From an uncultured virus (IMG/VR IMGVR_UViG_3300046007_012347) (Duplodnaviria > Heunggongvirae > Uroviricota > Caudoviricetes): 64,000 nucleotides of DNA. Of this stretch, positions 46,451-55,581 are shown piece after piece (position 1 is the first letter of the stretch; every line of letters starts with the position of its first letter). A model generated the notes under the pieces. It was not told the DNA's origin, made no database searches, and was given only the letters and a program-made list of their open reading frames with translations. A program made the translations under genes and the position numbers. The stretch lies in IMG/VR virus record IMGVR_UViG_3300046007_012347. One strand, given 5' to 3'.

Positions 46451-47395
46451 TTAACCTTCTTGAAAAACTGAAATATACACTGTGCCTGTTTTCGTCAGAG
46501 GAAGAATTTTATCGCGAAGATCAATGTTAAACGCACGGCAACAACCATGAGTTGGTACTAGAGGTTGCTTGGGAGCCCATGCGCCAGGCCAACCATTTGC
46601 ACTCCCGCCGCCATGTAGCATAATTCCTGCACGGCCATATTTAGCTTCTTGATTCTCTAGTTCCACCATATCAAAACTGTACCAACCATAAGCCATGAGC
46701 GTACGATCATAGGCAGGCTTATCACCCACTCGCTCGTAGTCTTTGTAGATGGTGCCGATCTTGTACAGACCAGGAGGACAGTCAGAATTCGTAATCTTCC
46801 ATTCAAAATCACTATATTGTCCGCGAGCAAGGCAAGGAATTTCCCACAGCAGCTTTCCTTCAAAAGAGAAAGCTTTCATGGTCTCAACGGCATCATTCAC
46901 GATCAAATGCGAATCGCCTTTCTTGAAGCCAAAATCTTGCGGACGTTTCTTGGGGCCGATCATAGTAACAACAGTGCTCTCGGGAGAATATTCTTTCATG
47001 AGCTTAGACATTTTTGCTGGATAAGCGGGATCAGTGGCATAGCTTTGCTCCTTGAGCATGCGAGCAGCAGCGTAACGATTAGGAGCGCGATTAATGCCCT
47101 TGAATTGACGATAGTCTTTATACCAGCGCGTGACTAAGTATTCAATGCAAGCAGCAAGACTAGGGAAGTCAATAAAACCAGCCTTGATAGTCACCCATTG
47201 ACCATCGTAAAATTCTTGCGTGGAAGTGGTAGTGCCGTCTCCCTTTAGTCCTAAATAGTTATTTTTACCAGACGTGTGCTTGCCGAAGCCGCTTTCTAGG
47301 CAGCACTGCGCTGCTACCAGCTCTGGATAGCGAGCGCCGTATTTACGGGCTATCTGGAAGCATTCGTCCCAGAAAGCCCGATTAGAGGCCCACAT
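46451..47395 (-). CDS. Endolysin: GH73 glucosaminidase plus L,D-transpeptidase-like domain
   Basis: AQCCLESGFG, NNYLGLKG, YATDPAY; C-terminal IMLHGGG...THGCCR. Confidence 0.88.
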   Translation of the reverse strand: MWASNRAFWDECFQIARKYGARYPELVAAQCCLESGFGKHTSGKNNYLGLKGDGTTTSTQEFYDGQWVTIKAGFIDFPSLAACIEYLVTRWYKDYRQFKGINRAPNRYAAARMLKEQSYATDPAYPAKMSKLMKEYSPESTVVTMIGPKKRPQDFGFKKGDSHLIVNDAVETMKAFSFEGKLLWEIPCLARGQYSDFEWKITNSDCPPGLYKIGTIYKDYERVGDKPAYDRTLMAYGWYSFDMVELENQEAKYGRAGIMLHGGGSANGWPGAWAPKQPLVPTHGCCRAFNIDLRDKILPLTKTGTVYISVFQEG

Positions 47396-47398
47396 GGC

Positions 47399-47542
47399 TC
47401 AGTCCTTAACGCGGAAGACTGCCTTGAGCCCAGTCAGCAGAAGCTGAACGATATTGTTTTCCTTGTAGGGAGTGCGTTCGATGATTTGGTCAGCAGCAGC
47501 AACAAGAATGCCACCAATTACGAACCATTCAATGCCGCTCAT
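47399..47542 (-). CDS. Putative holin
   Basis: MSGIEWFVIGGILVAAADQIIERTPYKENNIVQLLLTGLKAVFRVKD, directly upstream of endolysin. Confidence 0.55.
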   Translation of the reverse strand: MSGIEWFVIGGILVAAADQIIERTPYKENNIVQLLLTGLKAVFRVKD

Positions 47543-47572
47543 GATGAGAGATGCAATGGGAATATAAATAGC

Positions 47573-47782
47573 CTAGCGTTCAATCTCTAGGTTTCGTACT
47601 CTTGCTTCCATTTCGCTCATCTTGTCCGTGAGAGTAGAAAGCTTCTCCGTTACCGTTTCAATTTGAACTGCCACTCTTGCTTGTTGAGTGCCCACTGCAA
47701 TAAGCATGGCGCCTGTTGAAAGCAACATGCCAGCCGTGATGGTGGCTACGAAATTTGCAAGGCCATCCTTGAAACTGTCCAT
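47573..47782 (-). CDS. TM + coiled-coil lysis-module protein
   Basis: N-terminal hydrophobic helix, EARVRNLE. Confidence 0.6.
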   Translation of the reverse strand: MDSFKDGLANFVATITAGMLLSTGAMLIAVGTQQARVAVQIETVTEKLSTLTDKMSEMEARVRNLEIER

Positions 47783-47868
47783 AGCCGACAATCAATACTC
47801 TAATTCTAGACGAAATTCATGGGGCATTATTTAGCGTTAAACTATGGTCAAGACAACTAAATAGTGCC

Positions 47869-48351
47869 ATGCCAAGAGCGAATGGTCCTGATGAGCTGCT
47901 TTATTCTCTCATTGAACTTCGCCCTGGAGATGCAAAACGTCGGTTTCGTAAGAGTATTTTTGAAGACTATTTCTTGAGAGGGCCTTTTGGTCAGTGCGCT
48001 TGCGCATATTGTGGAGAATGGGGAGAAAAGCTTACGATTGACCATATTGTCCCGAAGAGCAAAGGCGGCCCTCACTTTTCACGTTGGAACATGATTCCAG
48101 CATGTAAGAGCTGCAATTTGAAGAAGGGAGATTTGCCGATGCTTGAATGGTGGCGAGTGCAGCCATTTTGGACGGAGAAGCGCGAAGAAATCTTGCTGGC
48201 ATGGGTGTATTGCAATAGCTTTGTTAGCGCTCACACTGATCAAAAAGATTTGGAAGCATGGTGCGAGAAGAAGGGGCTTGTGCTGCCGCTGCATCAAACA
48301 ATTGAGCATGAAAAAGCCCCCTTGTGGGGGCTTTGTTGTAGTGCCGCTTAG
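47869..48351 (+). CDS. HNH endonuclease
   Basis: [19 protein letters not shown]...ACKSCNLKK. Confidence 0.9.
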   Translation: MPRANGPDELLYSLIELRPGDAKRRFRKSIFEDYFLRGPFGQCACAYCGEWGEKLTIDHIVPKSKGGPHFSRWNMIPACKSCNLKKGDLPMLEWWRVQPFWTEKREEILLAWVYCNSFVSAHTDQKDLEAWCEKKGLVLPLHQTIEHEKAPLWGLCCSAA

Positions 48352-48722
48352 CTTTCGACGGGGGCAAACATCACTTGTTTTCCTGGGAGATCGTATCGAA
48401 TACCAGGAACTGGCTGCACTTGATTCGGCATGGGGCAGAATCCTCCTTCGCATTGCTGAGAAGCATTTTCAAGAGCTTCAAGCGCATGCTGTTCTGGCTC
48501 GTTCTCCATGGAAAAAATAAGAAGATCAAGATACCAGCCAGCTTTCTTCAAATCTTCCAAGCCATTCTTATCTTCATAGCGCCAAACATATTTAATAATA
48601 TTGCCCTTTAGGAAGCCCCTGAATTCATCTTTTTCCATTGAAGCTTCAATAGCCTCAATACATTCAATGCCGCCATTTTTAGCATAGTGGCGAGGGTGAT
48701 TAACGGGATCGTGCATGATCAA
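48348..48722 (-). CDS. DUF3310-like protein
   Basis: [36 protein letters not shown]. Confidence 0.85.
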   Translation of the reverse strand: MIMHDPVNHPRHYAKNGGIECIEAIEASMEKDEFRGFLKGNIIKYVWRYEDKNGLEDLKKAGWYLDLLIFSMENEPEQHALEALENASQQCEGGFCPMPNQVQPVPGIRYDLPGKQVMFAPVES

Positions 48723-49426
48723 AAAGAAGATTGGTGCAGGTCAAAAGCCTCGAAGGCTTCTTTAAACAATGGACGGGCGAGAGTGGACAAAGCTTGAGCA
48801 TAAGCTTGGATTTCCCACTGACTGCCAGCTTCGTCTCGCAATGAAATGAAATGCAACAAAGCTTGCAAGCTACAGGTCCAAGTGAAGGAACTGTACGTCG
48901 CCATGGGCATGATGCCCCTGGCTTGCTCCTTCGCCACGCCTAGCGTCAGCAGCGCCCTGTAAGCCTGCTTTGCCTGCTCAAGAGCCTTGGCATATTCAAT
49001 CATTGCCACTTGGTTCATGCTGGGCTCCAAGGCGCCGCTGGAAGCTTGTTTGTTGCTGGCGCTTTGCTGTCGGAATTCACGCGGCATGTAGTACGTGTCA
49101 TCGTCAGCTTCGCAGTAGCGAAAGCTTTTCTCGTTCCAACCCAGCGTGTCATTGGCGAACGTACCACCAATTACATGCTTCCACCATTGCCGACAAACAT
49201 AGAGCGGAGCTTTCACTTGCCATTTTGTGACCACGCCACGAAATGGACTAGTGTGCTGATGCTTGACGAGATAATTCAGAAGCTTCTGGTCCTTTTCGGA
49301 CCATTCGCTGCTCGTTTGGTCAAAGCTTTGGCGGGCGTCACAAACAATATCAAGCGAAGTGCCCATCCAATCAATGAGGCGCACGAAGCTGATGCCATCC
49401 ATCAGCGGATCAATCTTGTTCGTCAT
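48719..49426 (-). CDS. thyX: Flavin-dependent thymidylate synthase
   Basis: HTSPF, RQWWKH, NEKSFRY, KEQAR, FISLR..SQWEI. Confidence 0.92.
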   Translation of the reverse strand: MTNKIDPLMDGISFVRLIDWMGTSLDIVCDARQSFDQTSSEWSEKDQKLLNYLVKHQHTSPFRGVVTKWQVKAPLYVCRQWWKHVIGGTFANDTLGWNEKSFRYCEADDDTYYMPREFRQQSASNKQASSGALEPSMNQVAMIEYAKALEQAKQAYRALLTLGVAKEQARGIMPMATYSSFTWTCSLQALLHFISLRDEAGSQWEIQAYAQALSTLARPLFKEAFEAFDLHQSSF

Positions 49427-49615
49427 GACTCAGAAGTGGACTTGGCAAAAAGAAAGCGCACAGTCAAAACCACCAATACCCACTCCCAAAATCCCAATGC
49501 AACACTGGGAAAGAAAAGTGGCACAGAAAGGCTTAGGAGCCAAGCGCGAAGACATTGAACGCCGAACCAAGCGAGAAGCGTGCCAAGACATTCTGAAATC
49601 TTTCTGATGGAATCA

Positions 49616-49939
49616 TCAGTGGGGGTAGACATTGTTGATCAGCGAGAGAGGCCGAAGTCGTTGCAAACTGATTGTAGGAGCAATGTCCGTAGCCGAATGC
49701 CAGCGTACGATTGCTTTTCTAGCTCTGGCGCTTGCATCAAAGCCTTCAATGGTGCCAACAATGGAGGAGGGCATCCACCCGGCGGACGTACGTTGTACGT
49801 ACACCACATCCTGTCCTGGAAGCCATTCATGGTTACGAGGCGTGCGAGGAAGCTTGTATGGGCGGTAGCCCGCTCCACATCTTACGGCATTCTTCCCATC
49901 GTCCACCCGATAAACAAACTGCTTGCCAAATTGCTGCAT
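49616..49939 (-). CDS. Hypothetical protein
   Basis: ATG ORF in the same operon as thyX. Confidence 0.55.
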   Translation of the reverse strand: MQQFGKQFVYRVDDGKNAVRCGAGYRPYKLPRTPRNHEWLPGQDVVYVQRTSAGWMPSSIVGTIEGFDASARARKAIVRWHSATDIAPTISLQRLRPLSLINNVYPH

Positions 49940-49969
49940 GGCTAGGCTAAACGAAACAATGCAAGGACA

Positions 49970-50344
49970 ATGAGCACTTTCTCTATCCCAGTGGGCCTAA
50001 AATACAATGGTCAAGATTGTATTGGCATCATGGGGCCTTTTGAGCGGAGTATGGAACGAGACTTTGCTCTCGTCGCTAACAAAAAGGCACTGAGCGAATG
50101 CAATGACATTGACAAGCTACGTGAAGTGGCTTGCACAATGATGGAGGGCTGGAGCAATATGCAAGAAGCCGTCACGTCGCTCGTGAAAGAGAATCTTGAA
50201 CTGCGCCAAGCTATGCAGCTTCAGGAGCGCGATCTAGAAGCTGCTGATGAGCTGCTTGGTGAAGCTGCTGAAGCCGTTACGCAGTTCGCAATGAAGCAGC
50301 AATCCGCTCAAGCCAAAAAGTTTCCTTGGCCGTTTGGGTGGTAA
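49970..50344 (+). CDS. Hypothetical coiled-coil protein
   Basis: 124-aa ATG ORF. Confidence 0.6.
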   Translation: MSTFSIPVGLKYNGQDCIGIMGPFERSMERDFALVANKKALSECNDIDKLREVACTMMEGWSNMQEAVTSLVKENLELRQAMQLQERDLEAADELLGEAAEAVTQFAMKQQSAQAKKFPWPFGW

Positions 50345-50639
50345 GAAGAAACACTTTCCAGCCGCCAATGGTGGCAAGATTAAACTTGCGGGCATCACGC
50401 TCGTAGCCCGAGCCAGTCACATGCCTGCCTCGGCTGAAAGTGCCCCCTTGAATTTCAATGAGGGAGCGGGAGGGCAGATGAGCGAAATCTGCCCTGTAAC
50501 GTTTTGAACGCTTGCTTTTTGCATAGCGCTCCTGAAAATCAGCTTCCCAAGCTTCTACATCGCTGAATTCCCGGATCAATGGGAGATCGGGATAATGAGC
50601 TTGCCAAAGCCCGAGAAACTGATCTTCGAGAGCGCTCAT
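50277..50639 (-). CDS. PD-(D/E)XK/Vsr-like endonuclease
   Basis: YRADFA..LIEIQGG..GRH..GYERDARKFN..GWKV. Confidence 0.8.
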   Translation of the reverse strand: MSALEDQFLGLWQAHYPDLPLIREFSDVEAWEADFQERYAKSKRSKRYRADFAHLPSRSLIEIQGGTFSRGRHVTGSGYERDARKFNLATIGGWKVFLLTTQTAKETFWLERIAASLRTA

Positions 50640-50677
50640 GAATTCATAATCAATTCTTCATACGATAAGAAGAAAAA

Positions 50678-51031
50678 CTATTTGACAGATTGAAACCCGA
50701 TGTCATAACGCAATTCTTCAAGATTGCTCTCGACAAGCGACACACAAATGTCTCCTCGTGAAATCAGAGAGCCCATTGCACAATACACTCTCAACTCTTG
50801 AATTTTTTGAGAAAGAATAATGAGTTCATCTTCGGTGAAACCTTCTTCTTTTCGGGCGGCCATAAGACTGAGAGCGGATGCCTCCATGAGGCTCTCAGCG
50901 CCTTGTTCGGAGCGATGAAATTCTAAAGGAGCATTCCACCATTTTTTTAGCGCATTGGCGGCATCAATAACGGTAATGGGATTGCCGCCGTTTGGATACC
51001 AGCGCTCTTGAACAGAAGCAGAAACGGTCAT
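50678..51031 (-). CDS. Hypothetical protein
   Basis: 117-aa ATG ORF. Confidence 0.55.
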   Translation of the reverse strand: MTVSASVQERWYPNGGNPITVIDAANALKKWWNAPLEFHRSEQGAESLMEASALSLMAARKEEGFTEDELIILSQKIQELRVYCAMGSLISRGDICVSLVESNLEELRYDIGFQSVK

Positions 51032-51062
51032 GATGCTAAAGGCTTGAAAAGACGGTGGTTAA

Positions 51063-51647
51063 TTAGACGGCAGCAAAAGCCACTTTGGCTTGCTGATTCT
51101 GGTATTTGCCATTGCCATAGGCGCTTCCCACTTCACTATCAAGCCGGTGGAAGGTCACTTGGACAATGCCTTCATTGGCATAAATGCGAACTGGAAAAGC
51201 CAGGGGATTGACAATACAAATAGTGAGATGGCCAGACCAGCCAGGCTCAATTGGCGTAACGTTAATGATGGTACCTTGCCGGGCATACGTGCTTTTGCCG
51301 TCCGTGATCCCCATGATGTTAGACGGCATTGTCAGCAGCTCCACACTCACGCCAAGAGCGTAGGAGAACGGAGGCAGCACGAAGAACGTAGAGCCATTCT
51401 CTTCGATGGGAGAAGCCTCGTACATTAGCTCCTTGTTGAAAGCCTTCACATCCAGCGCTTCTACAGGCTTGCTGTTGTTGATGACCATGAAACCCTTCGG
51501 GGAAAGGCGGAGGTCATATCCGGCATGGCTCAGTCCGTATGAGAGGGCTTTCGTGCCATTGTCAAGCTCTCTGGTTTTCTCCCCGACGAAAGGAAAAATA
51601 ATATCATTTTCAGCAAGAATGCTGATTTCCTTGTCATTAAGAAGCAT
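51063..51647 (-). CDS. dcd: dCTP deaminase
   Basis: SYGLSHAGYDLRL, GKSTYARQG, TPIEPGWSG, YANEGIVQ, GKYQNQ. Confidence 0.93.
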   Translation of the reverse strand: MLLNDKEISILAENDIIFPFVGEKTRELDNGTKALSYGLSHAGYDLRLSPKGFMVINNSKPVEALDVKAFNKELMYEASPIEENGSTFFVLPPFSYALGVSVELLTMPSNIMGITDGKSTYARQGTIINVTPIEPGWSGHLTICIVNPLAFPVRIYANEGIVQVTFHRLDSEVGSAYGNGKYQNQQAKVAFAAV

Positions 51648-51704
51648 GGTTTTAAAGAAAAGAAAAGGGCGCATTAGCGCCCCAGTGAACAATAAGAAAA
51701 GGCT

Positions 51705-51974
51705 TCAGAAGGGATCGTCGGAAAAGCTTTGCTTGGCCTTATTGCCGTTGTCCCACATCGAAGCGTAAGCCTTGGGAGAGTTGTCAAGTTTGTTGACAGT
51801 CACTTGCCCTTTGAAATGGGGGGCGGTGTCCTTGTCGCGCTTGTCATTGTCCCAAAGAGCAAAACGCAGGGAATAGTTTCCTTGGGGGTTGGTGCCTGCC
51901 TTCTTCATGGCATTGAGGATGTCGGGGGTGAGATCGACGGTGCCAGAGAAAGCGGGAGAGTTGCCAGCGGGCAT
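51705..51974 (-). CDS. Small SSB-like protein
   Basis: KDTAPHFKG; acidic C-terminal DDPF; next to exonuclease and SSAP. Confidence 0.55.
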   Translation of the reverse strand: MPAGNSPAFSGTVDLTPDILNAMKKAGTNPQGNYSLRFALWDNDKRDKDTAPHFKGQVTVNKLDNSPKAYASMWDNGNKAKQSFSDDPF

Positions 51975-52046
51975 TGAGTGGTCCTCAGAGGAGTGTAGTA
52001 AGCCCTGGAAGGGGCATCAGAAGCATAGCGCTATGGACAGAGGGGG

Positions 52047-52811
52047 TCAAGCCCCACGGTCCATAGAAATCATTAAGGGCTTTCTGCCGGGGTAGTGCTC
52101 AAAGAAGAACTGCTGCACCTTCTGAACCATGATGCCTGCCTGCATCGCAAGCTCTCCTGCTGAAAGGCTCACGATTTGCGCTTCTTGGGAATGGCCAGTA
52201 TCAGGATCATGAATGGCAATGGCACAATGCGCTTCATTCACTTCGATGTCATACATCTGTTCAATGGCTTGCACATAAGCGCCAAGTTGCATTCGATAAT
52301 CGGCTAGCTGTGTATCAGGCTTTTCTTTGTAGCTCGTCTTCCAATCCAGCAAAGCATATTGCCCGCTGTTCATTTTGGCGAGCATATCAAAGGTGCCTGA
52401 ATAGCCAATTTCCTGCGCAGGATCGTACCAGGCAATGGCACTTTCGACGAGCAATGGACTATCAACGCGCTCAAGGAAACCAACAATGCTCTCAAAATAA
52501 GGCACGTAGTTTTCGTGAGAATCAAGATGCTCTTGAATGTCTTCACCGTTCCAGAAATCTTCTAGAACACCGTGAAGCCAATTGCCTCGATCCACAGCAT
52601 TACGAGTGCGACGATTAGCTTCTTCATTGCCCACCTTTTTGCGCCAATTCATTAACGCTGCAATTTTGCCAGGGGGAGAACACGCGCTCGCAATAGTCGT
52701 CACAGAAGGCAAAACAAACCCTTCTGGAACATTTGGAAAATCGTTCAGCAGATAGTAACGCTTTTTCTGAATTTGGAGCCGATTGGGTTCGTAGCGGGGA
52801 AACGCTGGCAT
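52047..52811 (-). CDS. PD-(D/E)XK exonuclease
   Basis: LPSVTTI, RGNWLH, YSGTFD, LLDWKTS, QLGAY. Confidence 0.88.
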   Translation of the reverse strand: MPAFPRYEPNRLQIQKKRYYLLNDFPNVPEGFVLPSVTTIASACSPPGKIAALMNWRKKVGNEEANRRTRNAVDRGNWLHGVLEDFWNGEDIQEHLDSHENYVPYFESIVGFLERVDSPLLVESAIAWYDPAQEIGYSGTFDMLAKMNSGQYALLDWKTSYKEKPDTQLADYRMQLGAYVQAIEQMYDIEVNEAHCAIAIHDPDTGHSQEAQIVSLSAGELAMQAGIMVQKVQQFFFEHYPGRKPLMISMDRGA

Positions 52812-53751
52812 TTGGAGGGAGGCAAGGCATAGATCGTAACAGGCCATGTTTAGTCATGGCTTGAGATGTGGGAACTCAGTTCGTATTCAAGATCGAAAGC
52901 TTTGTCGCCTACGCTTTGAATGTCGGTTTCAAGTTCACCCAAGAAGTTCAAAAGCTTTTCAATACTTACGCCATTTTCTCCCATTAAGCACTCAGCCATA
53001 ATGCGCCCAACAGGTGACAACAATGTGGAGCTGAGTACTGTTTCTTTGTTAGTTTTCATTTCTCGTTCATGTCCCAGAAATATTCGCAGCCATCTTCCGT
53101 GCAAGGCGGCGTTGCAAAATAACTCTGGAAGCGATTAGCGGGCGCCATGTAACGCCAGCAATTTTCCTTGACAGGGCATTCGTTGCCCTGACACATTGCA
53201 ATATCAGGCATGAGAATAGTTCGTGCAGTTTGATAAAGGAACAAGCGATCAGCCAGAGGATGTTCAGCAATAGCGTGCAGAACAGCAGCAATACGACGAT
53301 CACTGCTAAGCGTATCGTCAGGAAAGCTCCAGAACGCTTCATGGCAAGCATCAATCAGAGAGCGATGATTGCGCACGCTTTTCTTCCATTGTTTCGTATT
53401 CTTCAACCATGGTCGCCATTGCAGCCATTATCGAAGTTTCAAAGAAACCACAGGCCAAGACAAACTGTTTGAAATGCTCGACGATTTCAGGGCAGTAGAT
53501 GTTGTGGAACGAATAGGAAACTTTTGTTTCTCCTTCTTCGTAAAGAAAAGTGAAACGGCTCATGGGACTATCAAGGAAAGGATTGCCAGAATTGACAGAG
53601 CAAGGATCAAGCATGTGAAAGTGATGAGAAGGAATAAGCCAAGCGGATCATTCGCCAAATAGGGCGGGAGGAAGCTCAGTAACGGGACAGTCATCATCAT
53701 CAATGCAAACAATGCCAGCAAAGGCCCGCGCTAGGCGGGCCGCTGCCAGAT

Positions 53752-54690
53752 CTACTGCTTTTTTGCCACGAAAGCTTTCATGCCTTCAATGATGGCAGTA
53801 GTGTCTTCAAGCCCACGAACAAGGGAAATCTCCTCTGTCATTTCAGCTTTGCCGATGACAATTTCCTGCTCCTTTGCCCATAGGGTCATCATTGCTGCGA
53901 CGACGTTTCCGAAGGCTTGCCAGCTTTTGATTTCTGTGGCACGAGCAAGTCCAATACTTTCAAGAGCAGCTTTGCCTGCAGCCATAGCAGCTTTCTCGTC
54001 GGCATAGTTCAAAGGATTGGCTTTGCACACTGCTGTGAGAGAAGCTTTTGCGTCGAAGGGCTCAGCGGACCCTGTATCAGCGGTGGCAACAGGCCCCTCG
54101 CTTCCAGCAGCAGTAGCGCTTTCTTTAGGGGCAGTCTTCGTGCGTGCAGACGTCTTGATCGTGTCCTGCTGCAGCTTTGGCGCTTCTTCCTTGGGGATGT
54201 CCTCTCCGGCATAGAGCCGAAGACCAAGGCCCGTGAACGTAGCGATGGCTTTGACGCTGGCACGTTGGATGTTGTCGCTGATTGCACGACCATCGAGCTG
54301 TTGAATGGAATTGTGCTTCCTGTCCATCACGGGGAAGACAAGCGCAGGAGTGCGACGCACGCCGTCCGTGAGATAGGGGCGAAGGATGAACGCACCAGGT
54401 TCGCCGAACACGGGCCATCCAATGGTCTTCTCTTCAAACGCCACGAACAGCGTTGGGAAATGCTCCTTCAGATAGCGGAAGGCAAAAGGCCACGACAGAT
54501 AGGAAAGACCTTTGTAGTCCTTCTCAATGTGAGGGCCGATGTCGGGCGTGTCATAGGCAGCACGAAAAGCTTCTGCAGTGATTTCCAGTGGGGTGAAAAT
54601 ACCAAGAGCGCGTTCTGTCATTGCTTGTTTTGCGGAGTCTTCCATGCTGGAAAAGTCGGAGGGGGAATAAGTAAGAAAGGTGTGGTTCAT
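53752..54690 (-). CDS. Single-strand annealing protein (Sak3/DUF1071-like)
   Basis: LSYLSWPFA, PVMD, QRASVKAIA..GLGLRLYAGED. Confidence 0.8.
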   Translation of the reverse strand: MNHTFLTYSPSDFSSMEDSAKQAMTERALGIFTPLEITAEAFRAAYDTPDIGPHIEKDYKGLSYLSWPFAFRYLKEHFPTLFVAFEEKTIGWPVFGEPGAFILRPYLTDGVRRTPALVFPVMDRKHNSIQQLDGRAISDNIQRASVKAIATFTGLGLRLYAGEDIPKEEAPKLQQDTIKTSARTKTAPKESATAAGSEGPVATADTGSAEPFDAKASLTAVCKANPLNYADEKAAMAAGKAALESIGLARATEIKSWQAFGNVVAAMMTLWAKEQEIVIGKAEMTEEISLVRGLEDTTAIIEGMKAFVAKKQ

Positions 54691-55130
54691 TCTTCAGGAA
54701 AAGCGAAACGCCAATCAAGAAGATACTCTTCGCTTTCTTCGTCAAACGAAAGATTTAGTCCAATCACGGCCACGCCAGTATCAGAAAGGAAGCAATCAAG
54801 ACAATGAGCCACATTAAAGTCCAATTCTTTCATGCGAGCATGAAGCTCGGAAGTAGTGAGATTGGGCATTTCCATCATCCCAAATGCGCCATTGCTTTAT
54901 AGCCGAAGCCAGAAGGATTGTATTCGCCATACATAATGACAAACATCTTGCTTGGGCTCTCATTCTTCGTGATGAGGCTGTCACCAGGCAGTGGCCAATC
55001 GTTGATCACCCTCACATCAGTGGGATCCTCCAAGCACTCAGGATCGTAATTCTCAGAAATCACGCCTTCCTCCCAAAGCAGCTTCACTTCCGTGTCGGCG
55101 TGCTCCAGAAGGAAATCTTCACAAGCAAGC

Positions 55131-55412
55131 TTAAGCTCTGAAACCTTCATAATCCTCAATTTCGGAAACGATGGAATGGTCTTCAACTAAAGAGAAAGCA
55201 CCGTCACAAAGAACTGTGTTTCCTTCCCATGGAGAAGTGGTGCGAATGAGACGCTCCACTGTCTCACTAAGGCTCAATCGTGCTTCATGGGCAATGTTCT
55301 TGAGATGAGCGTAGGCAGTGTCAGTGAGAGTGAAGTGGCGACTTTTCTTGGGCTCGCCGTGGTCAACGGTCATAGAACAAAGGGCCGAGGAGGTAGCCGA
55401 TGCTGAAGCCAA
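55131..55412 (-). CDS. Small ribbon-helix-helix-like DNA-binding protein
   Basis: KKSRHFTLTDTAYAHLKNIA..LSLSETVERLIR; divergent from the primase; true start may be internal. Confidence 0.55.
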   Translation of the reverse strand: MASASATSSALCSMTVDHGEPKKSRHFTLTDTAYAHLKNIAHEARLSLSETVERLIRTTSPWEGNTVLCDGAFSLVEDHSIVSEIEDYEGFRA

Positions 55413-55581
55413 TAATGGCGGCCAGCCAAAGCTCCATGGTTTTGCCTTGCGAGGGACATGGCCAATATAGCCGTTATGGCCAGCCCGTCAAGGCTCAGCA
55501 ACAGAAGAGCTCGTTAAGAATTGTGAACGCCTTGCAGCAGCAGGATTCTGGTGCTAGAACGGCCCCATCTCACCTCTCTCC

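Noticed and set aside
46781..46798. Match to guide arm gtcagaatt in the endolysin gene
   Set aside because: A single 9-mer is expected by chance, and the partner arm matches only 5/9
52047..52811. Cas4/CRISPR adaptation gene
   Set aside because: No Fe-S cysteine set; its context with SSAP and SSB indicates a recombination exonuclease
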